Virus record (IMG/VR): IMGVR_UViG_2814123113_000001
Coordinates: 31,666 to 95,665 of that record
Length of the DNA: 64,000 nucleotides
Origin: a virus
Taxonomy: Duplodnaviria > Caudoviricetes
Reading direction: 5' to 3' (one strand)
The notes beneath the pieces were generated by a model. That model searched no databases. It saw only the letters and a list, made by a program, of their open reading frames with translations, and was not told the DNA's origin. Both the position numbers and the translations under genes were made by a program. Below are positions 10,111 through 18,130 of the stretch, piece by piece; position 1 is the first letter of the stretch, and every line of letters starts with the position of its first letter.

Positions 10111-10168
10111 GGAGGCCCGGCCAGGGCTCGGCGTAGCCCTACCGCCCTGGCCGGGCCTCCTCTTTTTC
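10111..10168 (+). terminator. 17-bp stem hairpin followed by TCTTTTT
   Basis: GGAGGCCCGGCCAGGGC / GCCCTGGCCGGGCCTCC; identical copy at 55308. Confidence 0.75.
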
Positions 10169-10218
10169 AAACCCTCAGAGAACACATCGCCCCGAGGGCG
10201 ATAGCGCCGAGGTCAATC

Positions 10219-10437
10219 ATGTCTATCCTACTGCAAGGAACGCCGTGGCCCGTGATCGCCGCGCACCTGACTGAGATCGGACTACTGGCGGCGATCTATC
10301 TGCGGGTCCGCATGATCCCGCGCCGCAACCTGCCCGTCATCGTCAACATCGACCCAGTCAGGGCCGGCGAGGCGGCGGCTAAGGAACACCAGATTTTGCG
10401 CCTGGCGCGGGAGATGAAGGGGCCGCGCCGTGCGTAG
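10219..10437 (+). CDS. small membrane protein
   Basis: GAGG RBS; hydrophobic N-terminus. Confidence 0.55.
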   Translation: MSILLQGTPWPVIAAHLTEIGLLAAIYLRVRMIPRRNLPVIVNIDPVRAGEAAAKEHQILRLAREMKGPRRA

Positions 10438-10846
10438 CCCCTTCGAGCAAGGCGACCAGCCAAGACCGTCGCTCAAGACCGAACGCTGTTCGGCTGAGGT
10501 CATCTCCCTCACCGAATGGGCGGCCTCCCGTCGCCGTAGCGAGCCACCGAGCTGGGATCAGCACGCGCTCGACTTGCAACCCTATCAGCGTGACGCCTTG
10601 GCGTGGCTGGAGCGCCAGGACGCGCTGAACGCCAACGACCTTTGGGCTGCGCAAGCCGCGACGGCCTATCTCGGCGACCGCATCGCCATGCCCGCCGCGG
10701 CGATCGAGGCCGCGTTCGACGCGAGGACCGGCCGCTTCGACCTTCCGGCCTATGTGGCCAACACCCTTGATGGCGCGCCGGCCGTCCTGCCACTGCCGCA
10801 ACCCCCTGTCGGCGTGATCACGCGCCTGCTGCGGAGGCTGCATTGA
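10430..10846 (+). CDS. hypothetical phage protein
   Basis: Coupled ORF in the early operon. Confidence 0.55.
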   Translation: MRSPFEQGDQPRPSLKTERCSAEVISLTEWAASRRRSEPPSWDQHALDLQPYQRDALAWLERQDALNANDLWAAQAATAYLGDRIAMPAAAIEAAFDARTGRFDLPAYVANTLDGAPAVLPLPQPPVGVITRLLRRLH

Positions 10847-11133
10847 TGGCCGACGACGCCCAAGCCATGGCCGAGACCGTGCGCTCTGCTTGCGCCCGCC
10901 GCATCCGCGATCTGCTGCAAAAGCGGGTCGGCGCCGGGCGCGAGGATCCTCGCCGCGCGCTGTCGGACCAAGCCAGCATCGCCAACGACTGGAAGGCCGA
11001 CAGCTTCGACCGCCTTCAGCTCGTGCTCGACATCGAAGAGACGTTCGACATCGGCATCAGCGACGAGGAGGCCGAGACGATCGACACGATCGACGCGGCC
11101 GTCACCCGCATCATGTCGGGGGCCTGGACGTGA
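10846..11133 (+). CDS. acyl carrier protein-like protein
   Basis: ADSFDRLQLVLDIEETFDIGISDEEAETIDTIDAAV resembles the ACP consensus ADSLD.VELVM.LEE.F..EI.DEEAEKI.TV. Confidence 0.8.
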   Translation: MADDAQAMAETVRSACARRIRDLLQKRVGAGREDPRRALSDQASIANDWKADSFDRLQLVLDIEETFDIGISDEEAETIDTIDAAVTRIMSGAWT

Positions 11134-11459
11134 ACATCACCGTGATCGTCCCGGAAAAGCGCGACGTGCTGTTCCACCTGACGCCCTTCGCCAAGGGCTG
11201 CGCCAGCGCGGCGGCCAGCGACCGCAAGCGCCGATACCTGGTCACCAGCCGCCGCCCCGGTCAGGCCATTCACGCCCTGCTGACGCGACTAGGGCGCTCG
11301 CCCGACGACGTCGAGATCACGCCCTGCGGCGCGACCGAAACCGCGATCCACCCGATCGGCAACCCCTTTGAGCCCTACGCCTTCGTCTGGGAGGGCCTGA
11401 CCTTCGACGAAGTGGCCACCGCCCTCTCCAACCTTAAAGCCGTAAGGACTGCTCGATGA
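11130..11459 (+). CDS. hypothetical phage protein
   Basis: GTGA overlap with the upstream stop codon. Confidence 0.55.
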   Translation: MNITVIVPEKRDVLFHLTPFAKGCASAAASDRKRRYLVTSRRPGQAIHALLTRLGRSPDDVEITPCGATETAIHPIGNPFEPYAFVWEGLTFDEVATALSNLKAVRTAR

Positions 11460-11647
11460 CGCGCTGGCGCGAAGGCGACGCCGCGCGCGTCGTCGACCTG
11501 ACCGATCTGAAGATGCCCGGCAAGGGACGGCCACCCTTCGCCAAGGACGACATCGTCCGGGTTCGGCGCGTCTCGCCCGACGGCAAGCGTCTGGTTCTGG
11601 ACACACACCCGGGCTGGTTTTCCGCCCATCGCTTCAAGCCGCTCTAG
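11456..11647 (+). CDS. small hypothetical protein
   Basis: AGGA RBS; ATGA overlap. Confidence 0.55.
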   Translation: MTRWREGDAARVVDLTDLKMPGKGRPPFAKDDIVRVRRVSPDGKRLVLDTHPGWFSAHRFKPL

Positions 11648-11655
11648 GAGCACCC

Positions 11656-13896
11656 ATGTCAGCCTTGACCGTCATGGCGTTGGAAAACGCCGACATTCTG
11701 CGCGCCCTTAGGTCATCGAAATTCGAGACCGTCAGCGATCTTGCGCGCACCCTCGAACGCGACCCCAGCAATCTGCGTCGCAGCCTGACACGGATGGCCG
11801 ATGACGGCTTGCTGGCGGTGGCCAATCTGTCGCCGCTGGACGCCAGCCTGACGCTGTCGGCTCAGGCCGCCCTTGAGGCGCTGGACCGTGCCGACGGCGC
11901 CGAGGTCGCCACGACGCCCGCCGGTTATGTCGCCCTGCGTCACGACCAGATCTTGCCCGATCCGGAAAACGCCCGCACCAGCTCGGGCCTGTCGACGTCG
12001 TCCATCTTCGAGATGGCCGACAGCCTCGCCGACCAGGGCATGCTGCAATCGCCCGCCGTACGCCCTGCGGCCGACGGCGCGGGATATGTGCTGGTCATGG
12101 GCGAACGCCGCTGGCGTGGTTGGGGCCTGTTGATCGAACAGGGCCGGTGGACAGCGGACAAGACGATCCTCTGCCGCCTCGACGATGGCGACGATCTGGC
12201 GCGGCTTGAGGCCGGTCTGGTCGAGAACCTCCAACGATCCGACCTGAACAATCTGGAAGCCGCCGAAGGCTTCCTGACGCTGTCGATCCGCCACAAGCGC
12301 ACCGCGCAGCAGATTGCCAAGACGGTCGGCTGGAACGAGCGGACGGTGCAGATCGCGCTCAAGGTCGCCAAGGAAGCCACCGACGCCGACAAGCAGAAGT
12401 ACCTCGAAAGCGAGGCCGCCTATGCGCTCGCCAAGGAAACCGGCGAGGCGGGCGTCAAGCGCACCTTCACCTGGGAAGACCTTCGCGAGACCGTGAAGAC
12501 GCCCAAATGGCGCCAGGTGCTGGACAAGCGCAGCCGCGTCTCGCTGCTCGTCATGGAACTGGCCTTCAAGCAGCTCAGCGACTGTGACGGCCCCGATGGG
12601 CTGACGCGCATCTCGGTTCCGCCCGGCGGCGGCTTCTGGTCCGAGGCCGAGGATCTTGGCCTGGTCAAGGACATGCGCGTCGATCAGGCCGTGTTCGCAG
12701 GCGTGACCGACCGCGCCCGGGAATGGCTGGCCGACAACCAGTTCGACGCCGACCCCGGCGCGGCGCTCAAGACGCTGCGCATCGACGCCCTGGGCTCAAT
12801 GGGCGAGCGGCTGGCGTCGGACGCGGGCCGCTACGCCACCGACTTCATCAACCCGCCCAAGCCGCAACCGCCAGCGCCCGAACCCAGCCCGGAGCCGCCA
12901 ACTCAGGCCTCCGACGATCGCCGCGACAGCTTCACCCGGCAGGTTCTCGCGGTCGCCGGTGATGACGCTGGAGATAGCCACGAGACCGCGCCGACGATCG
13001 ACGCGGCCGCAATGGCTTATGGCGCGGCCATTGAAGAGCACGGGGCCTCTTCGCCCGAGGCCGTCGCAGGCCTGGAGGATCTGCGAGCCGCACGCGCCGC
13101 AAACAACGCGCCCTCCGCTCAAGACCCCAGCGCCCTCTACGCAGCCCTCGGCGGCAAGGTAGCCGCTCCAGCCAGCGAGGCGACGAGCGCCGTTCGCGAC
13201 GAGGCGAACAATCCGGGCAACCTGGAGGACGACGAGTTTCTGGCCATCGCAGAGATCGCCCACAAGACCACGTTCGACGGCGTTGATACGCGCGGCGGCG
13301 CGATCCGTGGGTGCCGCGTCTTCTCGTTTCACACCGGCCCGGGCGCGGAACTGGCCAGCCGCCTCCAGCACAAGCGCATGCTGGGCTTTGGCCAGGCCGC
13401 CAGCGGATCGGGCTTTATCGCCTATCTGACGCAGGACGCCTGGAACCTGATCGGCGAGGTTGACGACGAACGCCTCGAGGGCATGCGGCACGAGACGCTC
13501 GACACCGGCGACCTGACCGCGTTCGAGGCCTCGGGCGCCAAGTACGTGACGCCCTGGCTGGTCGATCCGGTGAAGACTGAGGAACCGGCGGCGCCCGACG
13601 CCGCAGACTCTGACGACGGCTCACCCTTCGCCGAAGACGAGGACGACGACGGCGAGGAAATGGACCATCATTGGTTCGACGCCGCCGCGCACCTGGGCGG
13701 CCGATGGGACTACCTGCTCGCCCTCCAGATGACCGCGCCGGCCCCGGCCGGGCTGGACGCCCCGTTCTACATCTCCGCCAAGAGCGAGGGCGAGGGCATG
13801 GTCGTCGGCGAAACCCTCGCCGGATCGGGACGCTTCAGCGACGTCAGGCTCTACCGCCGTAGCGGCAAGCTGCTGCTGCATTGGGGCGTCGCATGA
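11656..13896 (+). CDS. ParB/KorB-like protein with extra N-terminal HTH and long C-terminal extension
   Basis: PENAR, GMLQSPAVRP, GERRWRG, LVENLQRSDLN, central HTH TAQQIAKTVGWNERTVQ; N-terminal HTH VSDLARTLERDPSNLRRSL. Confidence 0.85.
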   Translation: MSALTVMALENADILRALRSSKFETVSDLARTLERDPSNLRRSLTRMADDGLLAVANLSPLDASLTLSAQAALEALDRADGAEVATTPAGYVALRHDQILPDPENARTSSGLSTSSIFEMADSLADQGMLQSPAVRPAADGAGYVLVMGERRWRGWGLLIEQGRWTADKTILCRLDDGDDLARLEAGLVENLQRSDLNNLEAAEGFLTLSIRHKRTAQQIAKTVGWNERTVQIALKVAKEATDADKQKYLESEAAYALAKETGEAGVKRTFTWEDLRETVKTPKWRQVLDKRSRVSLLVMELAFKQLSDCDGPDGLTRISVPPGGGFWSEAEDLGLVKDMRVDQAVFAGVTDRAREWLADNQFDADPGAALKTLRIDALGSMGERLASDAGRYATDFINPPKPQPPAPEPSPEPPTQASDDRRDSFTRQVLAVAGDDAGDSHETAPTIDAAAMAYGAAIEEHGASSPEAVAGLEDLRAARAANNAPSAQDPSALYAALGGKVAAPASEATSAVRDEANNPGNLEDDEFLAIAEIAHKTTFDGVDTRGGAIRGCRVFSFHTGPGAELASRLQHKRMLGFGQAASGSGFIAYLTQDAWNLIGEVDDERLEGMRHETLDTGDLTAFEASGAKYVTPWLVDPVKTEEPAAPDAADSDDGSPFAEDEDDDGEEMDHHWFDAAAHLGGRWDYLLALQMTAPAPAGLDAPFYISAKSEGEGMVVGETLAGSGRFSDVRLYRRSGKLLLHWGVA

Positions 13897-14297
13897 CCGC
13901 CGCCGAGCTGATGGCCCGCGCCATCGCCGAAGCGGTTTGGAATCGCGTCGACGCCATGAAGCGCGGGACCTTGGGGCCTCGCCAGATGTTGAGCTGGGAA
14001 ACGGCGGGCGAACAAGCTCGGGCCAACTGGACGGCGATCGGCGAGCATGCGCTCGCCGAGATCCGCGCGGCGCGGCTCAGCGATGACAGCGTCATTCGGA
14101 TGAGCCTCGCGCAATCGATCTTCGGGTTGATGCGCAAGGCGATGCTGGCCAGCCCGGCGGGACTTCCTCGTTACGCGGCCACCACGTGGTCGGACGCCCA
14201 TCCCGACGAGCGCGCCGACTACTTTGCGATCGCCGGCGCGGCGATGCAGACGGTGCGCGCCGCCAAGGCGCAAGCCCAGCAGGCGAGGGCGGCATGA
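13893..14297 (+). CDS. hypothetical phage protein
   Basis: ATGA overlap. Confidence 0.6.
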   Translation: MTAAELMARAIAEAVWNRVDAMKRGTLGPRQMLSWETAGEQARANWTAIGEHALAEIRAARLSDDSVIRMSLAQSIFGLMRKAMLASPAGLPRYAATTWSDAHPDERADYFAIAGAAMQTVRAAKAQAQQARAA

Positions 14298-14533
14298 CCC
14301 AACGCCCGCTAACCCTGGCCGACGTCATCGCCTACCACGTCGCCGAGGCCGAGAACTACACCGCCAAGGCCACAGGCTGGGCACGCTCGGCCGAGCTGCT
14401 CAAGACCGGCCACAGCGTCACGAACGCCGTTCGTATCGACCGGTTTGACGCCGCCGCCCAGCTCGCCGCCGACATCGCCGCGAAGCACGGCGAGATGGCC
14501 GACCTTCTCGAAACTCAGAGCACCCGGTCATGA
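14294..14533 (+). CDS. hypothetical phage protein
   Basis: ATGA overlap; GAGG RBS. Confidence 0.6.
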   Translation: MTQRPLTLADVIAYHVAEAENYTAKATGWARSAELLKTGHSVTNAVRIDRFDAAAQLAADIAAKHGEMADLLETQSTRS

Positions 14534-14665
14534 AGCGTTGGCCTCGCCTGATCGGCTGGACCCTCGCCGCCGCCGCCTCAGCCGCCGCCATGGCACGCGC
14601 TCACCGCGCTCTTCCGAACTTTCTCCGGCCGCCAAGGCTGAACCTGAAAACCTTAGGAGACCTTG

Positions 14666-15487
14666 ATGCCCGACATCATGCTCGATCTGGAGACGCTCGG
14701 CACGACGCCGGGCTGCGTGATCCGATCCATCGGAGCCGTCGCTTTCGACCCGAACGGCGGACCGTTGGGCGAGAGCCTCTACCTGATCATCGACCGCACC
14801 TCTTGCGAGGCCGCCGGCTTGACGGTCGATCCCGAGACCGAGGCCTGGTGGGCGGAGCAAACGCCCGAGGCGCGCGCCGAGTTCGACGGGCAAGGCGTTG
14901 CGTTGGCCGAGGCGCTGGACGCCTTTGAACTGTTCTACACGACCCTCGCGCCGATCGCCGACAAGGCCGACCGCCTGTGGAGCAACGGCCCCAGTTTCGA
15001 CGAGGCCATCCTGGCCGCCGCCTATCGGTCGCTCGGCCGCAAGCCGCCGTGGCGCTATAACGCCGCCCGAGACTGCCGCACGATCTACGATCTCGCCGGC
15101 CTTAAGCTCCAGCACACCGGCGGCACTTTTCACAAGGCGATCGACGACGCCATTGAGCAGGCGAAGCTGGTTCAGGAGGCGCGGCGCCTGCTCATCGCGG
15201 CGGGTCCGCCGGCGTGGCGCACCGAGGTCAATACCTTTGCGAACCTCATGGAACAGCAGCTCCGCGCGAACGACCACAAGGGCGGATGGAAGGGCGATAC
15301 CAGTGACGCTCTTTACCAGCGTCTGCTGGAAGAGGCCGAGGAGCTGTCTCAAGCTCTAGCATGGCGCTCAGCTCTGTTCGGCGATGCAGACCCCGAGAGA
15401 ATTGGCCGCGAGGCCGCCGACGTCGCCAACTTCGCCATGATGATCGCCGACGTGCGCGGCGCGCTGGGGACGGAGGCGCGGCCGTGA
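14666..15487 (+). CDS. DEDD 3'-5' exonuclease fused to MazG-like nucleotide pyrophosphatase domain
   Basis: IMLDLETLG, WSNGPSFD, HKAIDDA; C-terminal LLEEAEEL...EAADVANFAMMI. Confidence 0.8.
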   Translation: MPDIMLDLETLGTTPGCVIRSIGAVAFDPNGGPLGESLYLIIDRTSCEAAGLTVDPETEAWWAEQTPEARAEFDGQGVALAEALDAFELFYTTLAPIADKADRLWSNGPSFDEAILAAAYRSLGRKPPWRYNAARDCRTIYDLAGLKLQHTGGTFHKAIDDAIEQAKLVQEARRLLIAAGPPAWRTEVNTFANLMEQQLRANDHKGGWKGDTSDALYQRLLEEAEELSQALAWRSALFGDADPERIGREAADVANFAMMIADVRGALGTEARP

Positions 15488-16047
15488 AGGATTTCACCCC
15501 CACCAAGGAAACCATCAGCCTTCACGGGCTAGGGTTCATCCAGCTCATCCTGGGCGGGAACCAACGGCTGCACGTCTGGCATCCGGATCTACCACGCCGC
15601 GATTGCTATGAGCACTCAGCGATCCACAATCACCGCTTCGGCTTCGTATCACGCGTCCTGAAGGGCACTCAGGTCAATCAGCGCGTCGACCTGGAGATTG
15701 TGAAGCCGGAGACAGGCTCGCACGTCCTGATCAGCCACAACGGCCCGCGTAGCGACAAGGGCGGGCGGCTTAGCTACCCGGTCGCCGACGTCAACGTCAG
15801 CCCCCGCGCGCCCGAGTTCTACGAGGCGGGCGCCGAGTACGTCATGCCGCCCATGGAATACCACCAAACGCCATGCGAAGGCGTTGTGGTCACGCTCATG
15901 CAGAAGACCGTGGAGACGTCGTTACACGCTAACAGCGTCTGCCGTCGCGGTGTCGATTTCCACTACGACTTCGACCGCTTCCAGCTCTCGCCGAGCGAGC
16001 TTTTCGCCTACGTGGTCGACGCGCTGGGATCGGAGGTGCGCCCGTGA
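15484..16047 (+). CDS. His-rich cupin-like phage protein
   Basis: RLHVWHP, IHNHRF, EYHQT. Confidence 0.55.
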   Translation: MKDFTPTKETISLHGLGFIQLILGGNQRLHVWHPDLPRRDCYEHSAIHNHRFGFVSRVLKGTQVNQRVDLEIVKPETGSHVLISHNGPRSDKGGRLSYPVADVNVSPRAPEFYEAGAEYVMPPMEYHQTPCEGVVVTLMQKTVETSLHANSVCRRGVDFHYDFDRFQLSPSELFAYVVDALGSEVRP

Positions 16048-16298
16048 CCCCGAAGCCGCAGCCGCCGAACGACAAGCACGAGGCCCTGTATCAGGAACTC
16101 GTCGCCGTCATGCGCAAGTACGAGCTTTCGCAGGTAGAGATCCTTGCGGTCGTCGCCAACATCACCGGCAAGTGCTTGGCCTTTCAGGACCAGACCAAGG
16201 GCACGGCCGACGACTACATGCAGATCGTCATCGCCAACCTTGAAGAAGGCAATCGCCAGGCACTCGACGGACTGCTCAACCCGATCGGGAGGGCGTGA
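16044..16298 (+). CDS. hypothetical phage protein
   Basis: GGAGG RBS; GTGA overlap. Confidence 0.6.
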   Translation: MTPKPQPPNDKHEALYQELVAVMRKYELSQVEILAVVANITGKCLAFQDQTKGTADDYMQIVIANLEEGNRQALDGLLNPIGRA

Positions 16299-17215
16299 TG
16301 AGCAAAAAGTACGCTCACGACCTAGCGAGGATCGACGAAGCCCTCTCGCCGCATGTCTGCAAAGCTCGCAACGCCCGCGCCTTTGACTTCCGCACCCCAG
16401 GCAAGGGCGGAACCTACGCTTTCAGTCTGACCTGGACCCCGGGTTCGCTATCCCTGGCCGGCGACTGCGGCGAGCTGACCATGACGCACTACTCGGCGCT
16501 TTGGACGCTCGAGGAAGGGCTTCGTTGGGCGGCTACCAGCGACATCCACTACTTGCTCGGCAAGACGCGCCTTAAAGAGACTTTCGACCGCGACGCCACC
16601 ATCCGCGACATTATCAAGATGGCCAACGAGGGCGCGGTAGACTCGCGCAAGCGCCTGCGGGATGAGCTGCGTGGGTGGCGGCGAGAGCGGCCCGACCCCT
16701 ACGGCTGGTATGATCCCGCGACAGAGTTTGACTACGTCGACTGGCTGAACGATCGACCGACTCAAAACTCCGTCTGGACGACCTATGTGCGGGCGCAATC
16801 TCGGTACGAGTACAAGGACCAGGAAGAGCGCGTCGTGGTCGCCGATGGGTGGGAGCTGTGGAACGACATCCGTCGGGGCTTGGGAGAACGGGATGTCGCC
16901 TGCATTCACACGTCCAAGGGTCTAGAACATCTGACCGAGCTGCTGCAAAACGAGATAGAGACAGAGCATCATGCCTACGAATTTTGCTACGGCAAACTCG
17001 GCTGGGATGACTATCACCCCTGCTACGCGTGGCGCTTTCACGACCTGCTCCAGGTCGAGTGCATTCGGCGCGGCGCGAAGATGGCTCTTGAGCAGTTGGA
17101 CGCCGACCCGCCCTTCATCCCTTACGCTTGGCGCCCCGCCCTAGCCGACGATATGGCCGCGTTCCCCCGTGCCTTCGGTGAACGCTACAGCTCCGTACTA
17201 GCGAGGGCAGCATGA
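16295..17215 (+). CDS. hypothetical phage protein
   Basis: Long coupled ORF. Confidence 0.65.
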   Translation: MMSKKYAHDLARIDEALSPHVCKARNARAFDFRTPGKGGTYAFSLTWTPGSLSLAGDCGELTMTHYSALWTLEEGLRWAATSDIHYLLGKTRLKETFDRDATIRDIIKMANEGAVDSRKRLRDELRGWRRERPDPYGWYDPATEFDYVDWLNDRPTQNSVWTTYVRAQSRYEYKDQEERVVVADGWELWNDIRRGLGERDVACIHTSKGLEHLTELLQNEIETEHHAYEFCYGKLGWDDYHPCYAWRFHDLLQVECIRRGAKMALEQLDADPPFIPYAWRPALADDMAAFPRAFGERYSSVLARAA

Positions 17216-17282
17216 CCCGCGAAGCCCTTCTGGCGCGCATACGCGCACTCGCACACCGCCCCGCGCTGCCGAGCGACGGCAA

Positions 17283-17723
17283 ATGACACCTCAACCCCTA
17301 CCCACCGTCGCCTTGTCGATCCTTCAGCCGTGGGCCTGGCTCATCGTCAACGGCTACAAGGACATCGAGAACCGCACCTGGCGGACGCATCGGCGCGGGC
17401 CGATCCTGGTCCACACCGGCAAGGGCTTTGACAGCGATGCTCACCAGGACATGCTCCAGGGCGTCCACCCCTGCTACGACCTTGGCCATCTGAAGGCGGA
17501 CGTTCATGACGCCTACCGCCTCGCTTGGGAAGCCGGCGAAATCCATCGCGGCGGAATAGTCGGCGGATGCAGGATCACCGGCTGCGTCACGGATCACCCG
17601 AGCTGGTGGTTCGCAGGCCCGTTCGGTTTCACACTCGCCGATCAGATGCCCCTGCCGTTCATGCCCCTCAGCGGCGCGCGCGGGTTCTTCCCGGCGACCT
17701 ACATTCCACCGGCGAACTGCTAA
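17283..17723 (+). CDS. ASCH-domain protein
   Basis: ALSILQPWAWLIVNGYKDIENRTW. Confidence 0.85.
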   Translation: MTPQPLPTVALSILQPWAWLIVNGYKDIENRTWRTHRRGPILVHTGKGFDSDAHQDMLQGVHPCYDLGHLKADVHDAYRLAWEAGEIHRGGIVGGCRITGCVTDHPSWWFAGPFGFTLADQMPLPFMPLSGARGFFPATYIPPANC

Positions 17724-17875
17724 TGGCCGCCGCGCGCCAGCACCAGGACCCTCAGCGCACGCCGCAAGGCGCAGCGCTCGACCCTGCGTTGGTGCGCCTA
17801 ATCGAAGCCCTTGCCCAGGCCGATGCAGATCGCGACTATGCCGCCGCTCAGCAGCGCAGGGAGACCCAAGGATGA
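17723..17875 (+). CDS. conserved ~50-aa protein (candidate RDF)
   Basis: LDPALVRLIEALAQADADRDY; homolog at 61933-62082. Confidence 0.6.
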   Translation: MAAARQHQDPQRTPQGAALDPALVRLIEALAQADADRDYAAAQQRRETQG

Positions 17876-18126
17876 GCGGTGGCAGCGCAGACATTCGGGT
17901 CAGCGACATCGTATCGCGCTGCGGCGACGACAGGCTGCGCGTGGTCGGCACAAACGGCAGCGACAGCCTACCCCCCGACCTTGTCGAAACCGTCTGCATC
18001 GACGCAGGCAAGGGCTGGGGCGGCTTCATCGTGGGCAGGAAGGATTTCCTTTGCGCCGACGACGTCGAGCTGATCGAACGGCCCGCCCGCGATCCCGAGG
18101 CAATCGCACTTCCCGCGCACACCTAG
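17872..18126 (+). CDS. hypothetical phage protein
   Basis: ATGA overlap. Confidence 0.5.
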   Translation: MSGGSADIRVSDIVSRCGDDRLRVVGTNGSDSLPPDLVETVCIDAGKGWGGFIVGRKDFLCADDVELIERPARDPEAIALPAHT

Positions 18127-18130
18127 CTCA

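Noticed and set aside
9670-10185. Antisense (Val-Ala)n ORFs over the arrays (also 54756-55367)
   Set aside because: Shadow frames of a hexamer repeat that lacks stop codons
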